A DNA stretch of 22,508 nt, taken from Nitrospinota bacterium (lineage in GTDB: Bacteria; UBA8248). The notes beneath the pieces are model-generated. The model was not told the DNA's origin. It did no database searches and was given only the letters and a program-made list of their open reading frames with translations. The stretch covers positions 1-22,508 of the forward strand of contig JAYGFR010000205.1 of the NCBI GenBank assembly GCA_046581755.1. The letters run 5' to 3'. Positions 7,630 through 16,833 of this stretch are shown piece by piece. A program made the translations under genes and the position numbers. Numbering within the stretch: position 1 is the first letter of the stretch; every line of letters starts with the position of its first letter.

Positions 7630-10242
7630 ATGAAAAAGTTTTTCGACGCGGCGTGGGGGTGGGTGCGGTTCATTTTCTCTCCGGAGGCGATTCGCCCCCG
7701 GGAGCTTTCTTCCGGATTCCAACGGGAGAACCTTCCCGTCGCACTCTTTCTGACGGCCTTGTTTCTTTTTTATCAGCTGGCGATGGCGGGAAGGACCTAC
7801 AACCTCTTTCTCCCGTATGAGATCGGCTGGGAATGGCAGAAGACCCTGTTTCCCGTCCTGGGATTTTGGCTTTCCGCCTTGATCTGGTTTTACGTCACGG
7901 GTCTTTGCCTTTTCTCGAGGGTGGTGACTTTCCTCTCATCCCTCGTGTTCGCCTTCTACTACCTCTACGGCGCCGCGAATAAAGCCCCCGTCGATCTCAT
8001 GCTGGGCTTCGGCGAGGTCTTCGTCTATGTGATTTCGCCGTTCCTGTCCGCCGCGCAGGAAAAATCCCTGTCGGCGATCTGGGAGACTTTCCATTTCCCG
8101 GGGCTGTCGATCTACGCGTTTCATTTTTATCTTCCCTTCTATGTCGTTTTCACCGCCATCCTGACATTTGTTTATTACCCGGCGAGACGCGGCGCGCCCA
8201 AGAACAGGCCCTCCTCGGTGGACCTTGTTTTGTGCGCGGGCGTTGTGATCTTCACGGTGGAGTACATCGTGAATTTCGCCGACCGCGGGGACCGGGCGGG
8301 GCTCGTCCTGTGGCCGGACGTATTCATGGGAACGATCGCCATCCTCGTTTCCATCGAGATGTGCCGGCGGATACTGGGGTGGGTGCTGCCGCTACTCGGG
8401 ATCGCATTTTTCATGTACGCGCTCTACGGGAACTACTTTCCGGGGCGCCTCCTCCACAAGGGATTTTCCTATAACGAGGTCGTCGGCTTTATTTACGGAA
8501 CCGCCGGTATATTCGGAGTCATCGCGAACGTCTACGCCAGCTACGTTTTCCTGTTCATCCTGTTCGGGGTTTTCCTGGAAAAGACCAAGGTGGGCGACGT
8601 TTTCATCGATCTGGCCTATGCCCTCGTGGGGAGGCTGCGGGGCGGGGCGGCCAAGGCCTCCGTCGTCTCCAGCGCCCTGGTGGGCTCGGTGGTGGGAAGC
8701 GGCGCGGCCAACATCGTCATTACCGGAACCTTCACGATCCCCCTGATGAAGCGGGCGGGTTTCAAGCCGCACTACGCCGCCGCGGTCGAGGCGGTGTCCT
8801 CCATCGGCGGTCACCTCCTCCCCCCCGTCATGGGCTCGGCGGCGTTTCTGGTGGCGGCGTTCACCGAAACGGACTACGGGTGGATCGCCCTGATCTCGCT
8901 CGTTCCGGCGCTGATGTACTACTTCGCGGTCTACATGTCGGTTCACTTTCGATCCGGGATAGAGGGGATTCACGGCCTGCCCAAGGAGAAGCTTCCGGAG
9001 CTCTGGCCCCTCCTGAAAAAGGACGGGTACCTGCTGCTTCCGGTGTTGCTTCTGGTTCTCCGCCTGGTGATCGGCCGATCTCCTTTTGACGCGGCCCTGT
9101 GGTCCATCGTCCTGGGGATGGCCCTCGGATTTTTCCGGGACGACACCCGGCTCCTGGCTTTCCCGCCGATTCTCGCGAACGCGGTGGGCCTGTCCAAATG
9201 GAGCACGCGAAACGACCGCCTCGAATTCCGCGCCGCAAAACACCGGGGAAGCTTGATCGCTTCGGGAAAAAGCCCCGATGAGGCAGATGCGGCGGCGGCG
9301 GCCTACCTGGAGGCGGCAAAGGCCGAGCCGCCGGGCAACGCGCTGATGGAGAACTGGATGCTGCTGGCCGGCCTGGGCGTGCTCGTGCTTCTCCCGGCGG
9401 TGGGTTTCGGCATCTATGAGGCGATTTTCTGGGCCGTCCTCGCCACGGAGGTTCTTTCCTCGCCCCGGGTGATGGACGGTCTGGAGAAGGGGGCGAAAAA
9501 TTCGCTCATCATCGGCGTGACGGCGGGCGTAATGGGAATCGTCCTCGCGGGCATTTCGATGCCCGGCCTCGGCATCAAATTCTCGGCGATTATCCTGAGT
9601 TACTCCTTTTTCCTGGATCAGTGGCTGGGCATCACCGGGACCGCCCTTCCGGTGGCCATTCTGCTGTGCGCCGCCGGGAGCTACATCATGGGGATGGGGA
9701 TGACGATCACAGCGAGCTATGTCCTGCTCTCGATTCTCGCCGTGCCCGCGCTCATGGAGCTGGGCGTGCCCCTCCTGAGCGCCCATCTCATGATTCTCTG
9801 GCTGAGCCAGGACGCCTCGCTGACCCCACCCTTTGCGCTGGGCGCGTTCATCGCGGCGGGCATCGCCGGGGCCGATCCGATGCGCACGGGATTCGCCTCC
9901 CTCAAGCTCGCCAAGGCGCTCTACGTCGTCCCCTTCCTGATGGCCTATACGCCCATCCTCATGGACAAAAACGCGGCATGGGCCGCGATCGCCATGATCT
10001 GGGTGACGGGTTTCATGGGCTTTTACTGCACTTCGGCGGCGCTCGAAGGCTACGTCCGGCGGCATCTCCTGATGTGGGAAAGAATCCTGTTCGCCCTGGC
10101 GGGGGGGCTGCTGTTCTTCTACGTCACCTGGATGAAGATCGCCGGAACCGTTCTCATGGCGGCCTTGATCGCCCGCCAGTATATGCAGAGCGAAAAGACC
10201 GGGGCCGCGCCGATCGAAGCCGAAAGAAGCGCATCGGCCTGA
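7630..10242 (+). CDS. TRAP transporter fused permease (4TM/12TM, TAXI type)
   Basis: GIFG, GGAAKASVVSS, TGTFTIPLMKRAG, AVEAVSSIGG-LLPPVMG, GMGMTITASY and LTPP motifs; many TM helices. Confidence 0.95.
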   Translation: MKKFFDAAWGWVRFIFSPEAIRPRELSSGFQRENLPVALFLTALFLFYQLAMAGRTYNLFLPYEIGWEWQKTLFPVLGFWLSALIWFYVTGLCLFSRVVTFLSSLVFAFYYLYGAANKAPVDLMLGFGEVFVYVISPFLSAAQEKSLSAIWETFHFPGLSIYAFHFYLPFYVVFTAILTFVYYPARRGAPKNRPSSVDLVLCAGVVIFTVEYIVNFADRGDRAGLVLWPDVFMGTIAILVSIEMCRRILGWVLPLLGIAFFMYALYGNYFPGRLLHKGFSYNEVVGFIYGTAGIFGVIANVYASYVFLFILFGVFLEKTKVGDVFIDLAYALVGRLRGGAAKASVVSSALVGSVVGSGAANIVITGTFTIPLMKRAGFKPHYAAAVEAVSSIGGHLLPPVMGSAAFLVAAFTETDYGWIALISLVPALMYYFAVYMSVHFRSGIEGIHGLPKEKLPELWPLLKKDGYLLLPVLLLVLRLVIGRSPFDAALWSIVLGMALGFFRDDTRLLAFPPILANAVGLSKWSTRNDRLEFRAAKHRGSLIASGKSPDEADAAAAAYLEAAKAEPPGNALMENWMLLAGLGVLVLLPAVGFGIYEAIFWAVLATEVLSSPRVMDGLEKGAKNSLIIGVTAGVMGIVLAGISMPGLGIKFSAIILSYSFFLDQWLGITGTALPVAILLCAAGSYIMGMGMTITASYVLLSILAVPALMELGVPLLSAHLMILWLSQDASLTPPFALGAFIAAGIAGADPMRTGFASLKLAKALYVVPFLMAYTPILMDKNAAWAAIAMIWVTGFMGFYCTSAALEGYVRRHLLMWERILFALAGGLLFFYVTWMKIAGTVLMAALIARQYMQSEKTGAAPIEAERSASA

Positions 10243-10250
10243 CCCCCCGG

Positions 10251-10268
10251 CGGGCCGGAAACGGCCCG
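10251..10268. terminator. Hairpin between convergent genes
   Basis: cgggccg-gaaa-cggcccg 7-bp stem with GNRA loop; no clear U-tract. Confidence 0.5.
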
Positions 10269-10283
10269 GCCGTGAAATGGTGT

Positions 10284-11938
10284 TTAGTTAATCGCGCCGA
10301 AGACCGTTTTTCCGCCCACCACCGTCATCACGGGGCGGATGTCCCTGATCTCGTCCAGCGGGACTGTCATATAGTCCCGGTCGAGAACCACGAAATCAGC
10401 GAGCTTTCCCTTTTCGATAGAGCCTAGATTCTTTTCCTGAAAAAGAAAGTAAGCATTCGAGCGCGTGTGGGCGATGAGCGCGTCTTTCCGGCTTACGGTC
10501 TGGTTGTGAACGACCGACCCGTCGAGCATCTTGCCCGTAGTGGCCCACCAGAGCGAGTAAAAGGGGTTATAGGGCGCGCTACCCCGAGGGTGTCCGTGTC
10601 CCGAGCCCCCAGCGCACGCCGCTCGCCTGAATGGCGCGCATCGGCGGCAGGCCAAACGCCTTTTTCTTGCCGAATTTTTTGATCTACATCCGGCCCTGGA
10701 TGGTGGGATGGCTATGGATGGCCGCCATCATCCCAAGCTTCTTCATCCGGGCGAGGTTTTTGGGGCCGACAGCGTCCAGGTGGGCAAAAACCCAGCGCAA
10801 CGGTTTCAGGGGAGTGGCCCGATTCGCTCGCTCGAAGTTATCCAGTACATGGGAGCCGGTTTCATCGAGTGTGGCGTGCATATGAATGTGCCATTCCGTG
10901 CCGGCCGCGGCCCGCGCGAGTTCCAGCAGCTTGGCGGCGTGCTTGCCGCTCGTCTTGAACTTCCGGAAGGTGTTGTCGTGAAGGGGGCGGTAGAACGTCT
11001 CGCCGATTCCGATGAGACGGTAAAAGGTGTCCGTGCCCGAGGGAGGGGAATTTTCCTTGAGTTTCTTGAGAAGTTTTTTCGCCTTGGGCTGAAACATAGT
11101 GTAGAAGGTACGGACAGTCAGGTTGTTCTCGTTTCTCAGTTTTTTAAACACTTTGTAGCCGGACTTGTACCTTCCTCCTCCGCCCACGTCGAGGACGGCA
11201 GTGATGCCGGCGCGGTTGAGCTCGGCGGTAATGGCCCGGGCGCTCGCCATTTTTTCCTTGAATGAAAGTTTGCTGATTTTCCTCCGGACACCCCGCTAGG
11301 CGCGGCCCGCGAGCATGCCGGTGGCCTTTCCGTTTTTGCCGCGCACGATTTTGCCCCGCTTGGGGTCCGGCGTTTTGTCCGTGATTCCGGCAATCTTCAA
11401 GGCCAGGCTGTTGAGATAGGCCCGGTTGAACAGCCGCTGGATGTACACGGGGTTGTTCGGGGCGGCCTCGTCCAGCTCTTTCAGGCTGAAGCCCTTTTTC
11501 TCGTCGGTGAACTGATCCTCCGTCCAACCCACGATGACGGTGATCCATTCTCCCGGTTTCAGTTTTTTCGCCCGCGCGCGTATCATCCCGCGCGCTTTTT
11601 TTGCGGGAGGTCACCCCGTCGAGACGGACTTCCTGCGTCCAGTAGGTGGACTCCCGGATTAGGTGAACATGATTGTCGATCAAATCGGGGATCACGGTCT
11701 TTCCGCCAAGGTCGGTCACTTTCGCGCCGGCGCCCGCGAGGCGGCGTATCTCTGCGTTGGTGCCCACGGCTGCAATCCGGTCCCCCCGGACGGCGATAGC
11801 CTCTGCGGTAGAAAATTTCCCGTCCACCGTGAGGATCTTCCCGTTGACGAAAATCCGGTCCGTGGCGGATTGGGCAAGTGAACTGCCCATGCCAAATGTC
11901 AAGACGATTGCGATGAAGGTTGCTTTGGGTGCTCTCAT
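10284..11938 (-). pseudogene. YtcJ-like amidohydrolase (Amidohydro_3) with signal peptide; disrupted as given by 2 in-frame TAGs and 3 indels
   Basis: NGKILTVD, DLGGKTVIPDLIDNHVH, HMHA, FAHLD and GSIEKGKLADFVVLDRD...TVVGGK motifs across four ORF fragments; RBS GGAGGAGG before ATG 11938. Confidence 0.85.
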
Positions 11939-12213
11939 GCCTTCCTCCTCCCTGGAGCCCATCCGCCAATCGGTCCCCTCCGGACAGTCGCCAACACTTT
12001 GGTTTTCTGTGATGAGGCAATCATCATAAAGAAGTTAAAACCCCAAAGGAAGGCACACCGGGAAAGGCTCCTGGTCGCCCTGGCGGGGGGGGCTCGCCGG
12101 GGTCCCGGGCTTCAGGCGAATCCGGCCGGATTCGGGCGGGAGCGAATACCCTCTCGGGTTGCGGGAGGCCCCAATCGGTATGGTCCCATCTCCCCGGCGG
12201 AGGGTGCGCCGGG

Positions 12214-12762
12214 CTATTTATTCGGGATGGCGCAAAACCCCTGCGCCTCGATGCGGAAAAGATGGTTGAGCTTGGATCGGAAATTCTCGAGCGCAATGAC
12301 GCCGGCCAGCTCGACGAGCTCTTCGTCCGTGAACGAGTTTTGCGCCTCGGCGAATTCCGCGTCGCTCACTTCCATTCCGGTGGTGGTCATGCGCTCGGCG
12401 AACCCGATCGCGATTCGCTCGCGGGCGGTGAAGCGGGGGTCGGTCTCGAAGTTTTCGAGCGCGCCGATCTTGTCCATCGTGACGCCCTCTTTCATCCCAC
12501 GGGATGAATGGATGTCGATTCAGAAGGGGCACCCGTTGATCGTGGCCACGCGCACGTTGACGAGCGCCTTGAGGTCCGCGCCCAGCAGGCCGGATTCGTC
12601 CACCCCCCGCTGGAGGAGGTTCAGCCCGCGCATGATGGTGGGCCGGTGGGCGTAAATTTTCGAGGTGTTGAAGACGAAGCCGTGCTCCTCATTTTGGGTC
12701 TCGAACATCTCCCGCGCGAGGGGGTCTTCGGGCGAATCGGAAACTTCGGGGATGCGGGCCAT
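12214..12762 (-). CDS. Carboxymuconolactone decarboxylase/AhpD-family protein, probable selenoprotein (C78-x-x-U81), 182 aa
   Basis: ORFs 12520-12825 and 12214-12495 are in the same frame: INGCPF-TGA-IDIHSSRG...FTARERIAIGFAERMT...FTDEELVEL; RBS GGGAGG before ATG 12762. Confidence 0.88.
12481..12519 (-). promoter_or_regulatory. Candidate bacterial SECIS element
   Basis: mRNA after UGA reads AUCGACAUCCA-UUCAUCC-CGUG-GGAUGAA-AGAGGGCGUC: 7-bp upper stem, 4-nt loop with GU at positions 2-3, 18 nt from UGA, extendable lower stem. Confidence 0.72.
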
Positions 12763-12772
12763 GCGGGGCCTC

Positions 12773-12812
12773 CCATGAGTGGCAGCCGCCGGCCATGAAT
12801 GGCAGCCGCCGG
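12773..12812. repeat. Tandem 20-bp duplication (19/20 identical)
   Basis: ccatgagtggcagccgccgg (12773-12792) followed by ccatgaatggcagccgccgg (12793-12812). Confidence 0.9.
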
Positions 12813-12815
12813 ATT

Positions 12816-13274
12816 CTAGAGCCACATTCTGACGCGGCTGCGGTAGTCGCGGTATTCATCGCCGAAGAGGCGCTCGAGCGTTTCCTCCTCGTGGGGGATG
12901 AAATACATCTGAACGATCAGGGCGAAGGCGAACCCGGAGATCATCACGGCCGCCGAGACGAGCAGCCAGCCGATCCCCGCCATGATCAGCGCCATCCCCA
13001 GATAGAACGGATGGCGCGAGATGCGCATCGGGCCGCCCGTGATGAGGATCTTTGGCGTCCCCTCCGGTTCATGGGCGATGCCCGCCCCCTCGAACGCCTG
13101 GACCGCCCAAATCATCAGCCGGATGCCCAATCCGATCGGGAGCACCCCGAGCGCCTGGAATATCCGGCTCACCGGCGGCCCTTCTGGGGCCAGGGTATCC
13201 GCCGCGAGACCCGCGAAGAGGCAAAGCAGCGCGATCAGCGGCGGGCGGGTTTTCAGCAGATTTATCATCGGCAC
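12816..13274 (-). CDS. Isoprenylcysteine carboxyl methyltransferase (ICMT/PEMT) family membrane protein
   Basis: LITGGPMRISRHPFYLG and IPHEEETLERLFGDEYRDYRSRVRMW signatures. Confidence 0.9.
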   Translation of the reverse strand: MPMINLLKTRPPLIALLCLFAGLAADTLAPEGPPVSRIFQALGVLPIGLGIRLMIWAVQAFEGAGIAHEPEGTPKILITGGPMRISRHPFYLGMALIMAGIGWLLVSAAVMISGFAFALIVQMYFIPHEEETLERLFGDEYRDYRSRVRMWL

Positions 13275-13280
13275 TTCACC

Positions 13281-14676
13281 TCAGATCCCGCGCGCGATCA
13301 GGTCCACCCTGTCGGTGTCCAGGATCTCGCAGTCGATGATCTCGCCGGGGCCGGCCTCGGTTTCGTGCAGGAACACCTCGCCGTCCACCTCGGGCGCCTG
13401 GTGGCGGGTCCTCCCGCGAAGAAGGCCCTCGGCGGTCACTCCCTCGACGAGCACCTCGCACCGCCCGCCCACCAGCGCCGCGTTCATCCCGGCCTGGATT
13501 TCCTCCTGAAGGGAGAGAAGGCGGCGTAGCCGCTCGCGCGCGGCCTCCTTGGGCACGGGGTCCGGCAGCCGGGCGGCAAATGAGCCCTCCTCGGACGAGT
13601 AGGCGAACGCGCCCAGGCGCGTGAAGCGGGTCTCCCGGACGAAATCGAGCAGGGCCTTGAAATCCTCCTCGGTCTCCCCGGGGAACCCGACGAGCATGGT
13701 CGTCCGCAGGGCGCATCCGGGGATGGCCCGGCGCATTTTCTCGATGAGGGCGCGCGTTCCCGCCTCGTCGATTCCCCGGCGCATCGCGGTGAGCACCGGG
13801 GTGGCGATGTGCTGGAGGGGCATGTCGATGTACTCCACCACCCAGGGCAGATCGCGGATGGCGTCGAGAAGCTCGTCCGTCACCCCGCGCGGGTAGTTGT
13901 AGAGAATGCGGATCCAGCGGAGATCCTCCAGCCGCTCCAGGAGCTTGGCCAGGGAGTGGCCCTCCCCGATTTCGGTCCCGTAGCTCGTGATCTCCTGGGC
14001 GAGCAGGTTCATCTCCTTCACCCCGGCGGCGGCGAGCGCCTCGCCTCCTCGATGATGTGATGGGCGGCGCGGGAGCGGAACCGCCCCCGGAACCGGGGGA
14101 TAACGCAAAAGGTGCAAGGCCGCGAGCATCCCTCGGCCACCTTGAGGTAGGCGCTCGGGCCGGGTTCGGCGAGCAGGCGCGGGAGGCGGCGGCTGTAGTC
14201 CATCAGGGTGTCCGAGAAGGCCTCGCGCGCGGGCAGGGCGCTGCCGGATGCCTCGGCGAGGAGGTCCCCGATGCGGTCGTATTCGCGGGTGCCGATGAAC
14301 AGGTCCACCTCGGGAAGGCCCTGGGCCAGCTCCCCCTGGTAGCGCTCGGCGAGGCACCCCGCCACGACCGGGTTTCGAGCCGGCCCTCTTCCTTCAACCC
14401 GGCGAGGCCCAGAATCGTGTCGATCGACTCGCGCTTGGCGTCCTCGCGGAAGCCGCAGGTATTGACGATGGCGACGTTGGCCTCGCCCGCGTCGGCCACG
14501 AGGCGGTATCCCGCCCGGACAAGGGAGGCGAGCATGATCTCGCTGTCCACCGCGTTCTTGGCGCAGCCGAGCGAGACGAGAGCGGCGGTGGGGCTCCCCT
14601 CGGCGGCCGGGGGGGCGTCCCGGCTGATGACGGGCATTTGGGAAACGTCCTGGATCTGAAGAAACTCGCCGCTCAT
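13281..14676 (-). CDS. rimO: Ribosomal protein S12 methylthiotransferase RimO (two apparent 1-nt deletions, ~14370 and ~14040)
   Basis: [18 protein letters not shown]...[61 protein letters not shown] and QAPEVDG (TRAM) across three frames; ATGA overlap with the upstream stop. Confidence 0.92.
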
Positions 14677-16019
14677 TCCGGGCCCCCCATCGGCAGGGGG
14701 ACCGAGGTGCGGGTGGCGCCGGGGTCGATATGCCATTCGTCTTTCGGGTGGTTGAAGTAGCGGATGGCGACCTGCGGAAGCTCCTCGCCGAGGATGGTGA
14801 GCAGCCGCACCATGCCCAGCGATTCTCCTTTCTGGTCCGCATCGTCCAGCGTTTCCAGATACAGGGCCGGATCGATGCAGAGGTTTTTCATCTGGATGAC
14901 ATGAACCCCTGTCCGCCCGCAGAATTCGAGCAGGGCTTCCACCTCGGCCTCCCGGTCGGTGACGCCGGGGAAGACGAGATAGTTGAGCTGGGTGTAGAGG
15001 CCGGCCCCGGCGGCCGCCCTGACCGATTCCTCCATCTCGGCGAAGCCGTAGGTCTCGGGCCGGTAGTAGGCGCGGTGGCGTTCGGGCAGGACGCTGTTCG
15101 TGCTGAAGCGGATGCTTTCGAGGCCGGCGGCGGCTAGGCGGGAAACCCATTCCGGGCGGCTGCCGTTGGTGTTGAGGTGAAGAGTCCCCTCGCCCGTCCG
15201 CTCCCGGATGAGCCGGCAGGCCCGCTCGATGACGCCCGCCTGGAGAAGGGGCTCGCCCTCGCAGCCTTGCCCGAAGCTGGCGACGGCCTTTTCGGCGCCC
15301 TCCAGATGGGGGGCGCCGATCTCGGCGAGTTCCTCGGGGGTGGGCACGAAATCGATCCGCTCATGGCTCGCGGGGAAAAGATCGTCCGTCTGGAGGGAGA
15401 TGCACCCCCGGCAATCGGCGTTGCACAGGGGGGCGATGGGTAGCCCCATCTCCCAGCGCCCGGCGAAGAAGTTCTTGGCCGCGAAACAGTGAAACTCGGC
15501 CGCGCACCGATCCAGATGGGCGACCATCCGGTTTTTGGGGAAGCGTTTTTTCATCTCGGCCAGCCGGGCGGGCAGGCCCCGGTCGTCGTATTCCTCGGGA
15601 GCCCACCGGGGGCAATCGTCCACCTGGACGGCGGCGCAGACAAACCCTTCGGTTTCGGGGTCGAATCCAATTGCCGTATAGGCCCAGAGGGGCAACGCCC
15701 GGGCCCCCCCGGCGCGCTCGGCCACGGGAAGGAGGGTGCGCATCCAGCCCGGAGCGGGGAAGGTGCAGGCCGCCTGGGGGGTCTCGGGCCCACCGCCCCA
15801 ATCCACCTCATCGATCGTGGCGAGCTCGTCGGCATCGGGATCGCCCCCCACGGGAAGGCTGTCCGGTATCGTGAAGAGGCGGCTCCCATCCGGCAGGGGG
15901 GAAATCTCTCCGGCATCGGGCGCGACGGGCTCCTTGCCGAGGGCTCCGACCATCCAGAGGTCCGGGTGCTCGAACAGCTGCCCGTCGGAATCGGCAATCA
16001 CCATGAGAGGGGTTGTCAT
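14673..16019 (-). CDS. Radical SAM protein of unknown function with long N-terminal extension
   Basis: CNADCRGC (CxxxCxxC), [12 protein letters not shown] and HLNTNGS motifs; RBS GAGGAG. Confidence 0.9.
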   Translation of the reverse strand: MTTPLMVIADSDGQLFEHPDLWMVGALGKEPVAPDAGEISPLPDGSRLFTIPDSLPVGGDPDADELATIDEVDWGGGPETPQAACTFPAPGWMRTLLPVAERAGGARALPLWAYTAIGFDPETEGFVCAAVQVDDCPRWAPEEYDDRGLPARLAEMKKRFPKNRMVAHLDRCAAEFHCFAAKNFFAGRWEMGLPIAPLCNADCRGCISLQTDDLFPASHERIDFVPTPEELAEIGAPHLEGAEKAVASFGQGCEGEPLLQAGVIERACRLIRERTGEGTLHLNTNGSRPEWVSRLAAAGLESIRFSTNSVLPERHRAYYRPETYGFAEMEESVRAAAGAGLYTQLNYLVFPGVTDREAEVEALLEFCGRTGVHVIQMKNLCIDPALYLETLDDADQKGESLGMVRLLTILGEELPQVAIRYFNHPKDEWHIDPGATRTSVPLPMGGPE

Positions 16020-16048
16020 CGAATGGGGTTCTCCTCGAATCGAGGGGG

Positions 16049-16549
16049 CTATCGGACCGCGATAAAGCCGGTGTAGGACGGCGTGTTGAGCCGGCGGCGG
16101 ATGAGGTCCAGCGACTTGCGGACGTCCTCCAGCTGGCGGTACGTGCTCAGCCCCGCCCGGGAGGAAATCCGGGGGGACTCGAGCTGGAGTCCCCCCGATG
16201 CGAGCCGATCGTTGGCGTCTTGAATGAGCCGGATTTCGGACCGGAGAAGCTGGGTCCGGTCCCGCTCGATTATTTTTTTCACATTGCTCAAATGGGCAAG
16301 CGTGTCCCGGTGCTCGCGCACGAGGGCGGCGCGGTTCCGGTCCGTGATCAGCCTTCCGAGGATGTCCTTGCCGGTCTTTTCCACCCCCCGGACACCTTTG
16401 CCGATCTCGCGGACCCCGGCCCGCACCCCGCGGATGGGCAGGGTGATCGTCTCATCGATCGATTCGGCGACCGATTTTCCGCATCCGGCGAGTGGCGCTG
16501 CGATCAGTGCCAGCACCATCCAGGCGGCCATTTGGCGGCGGGAGGCCAT
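16049..16549 (-). CDS. Hypothetical lipoprotein
   Basis: Basic N-terminus, hydrophobic core and LAGC lipobox; helical mature region; RBS GGAG. Confidence 0.7.
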   Translation of the reverse strand: MASRRQMAAWMVLALIAAPLAGCGKSVAESIDETITLPIRGVRAGVREIGKGVRGVEKTGKDILGRLITDRNRAALVREHRDTLAHLSNVKKIIERDRTQLLRSEIRLIQDANDRLASGGLQLESPRISSRAGLSTYRQLEDVRKSLDLIRRRLNTPSYTGFIAVR

Positions 16550-16833
16550 GGGATATTTCTCCGTTTGGGGTCAATGCGCCGGAGATCTTCCGGCGGCGGC
16601 GTATCCTCATAAAAATTCGGCACATAGGCTGCCAGAGGGGGAAATTAGCAGATGATCCGCGGATAATCCAACCGGCCTTTACCTCTGCCGGGATGGACAA
16701 CTGCGTCCCCGCCGGGCGTATACTTCTCTCTAAATTCAGGGATGGGGAGAGGAGCGAGGCCCGCATCGGGGCGCATCCTCCTGCTATTGCCCATTCGCTG
16801 GACCGTCCATGACGCATTCAGGAGGATCACCCC

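Noticed and set aside
8392..10065. Long antisense ORFs (557 aa here; also 17721-19301, 6536-7543, 196-1023, 19943-20962)
   Set aside because: Shadow frames of GC-rich genes, overlapping well-supported CDSs, with no recognisable motifs
10684..11298. Pyrrolysine or amber read-through in the amidohydrolase
   Set aside because: The same gene also has frameshifts; TAGs are not at recognisable catalytic positions; TAG is used as a normal stop in neighbouring genes
11596..11602. Programmed ribosomal frameshift at the A7-G run (also A5-G at 4241-4246)
   Set aside because: No clear stimulatory structure or family precedent; homopolymer error or decay is simpler given other indels in the window
14673..16019. 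Arsenosugar radical SAM (ArsS/TIGR04167) assignment
   Set aside because: The long N-terminal extension and lack of the Cys-rich C-terminal domain do not fit
16618..16633. Sigma-54 promoter-like CGGCAC-N5-CTGC
   Set aside because: Mismatches to TGGCAC-N5-TTGC in both boxes; too weak without more evidence
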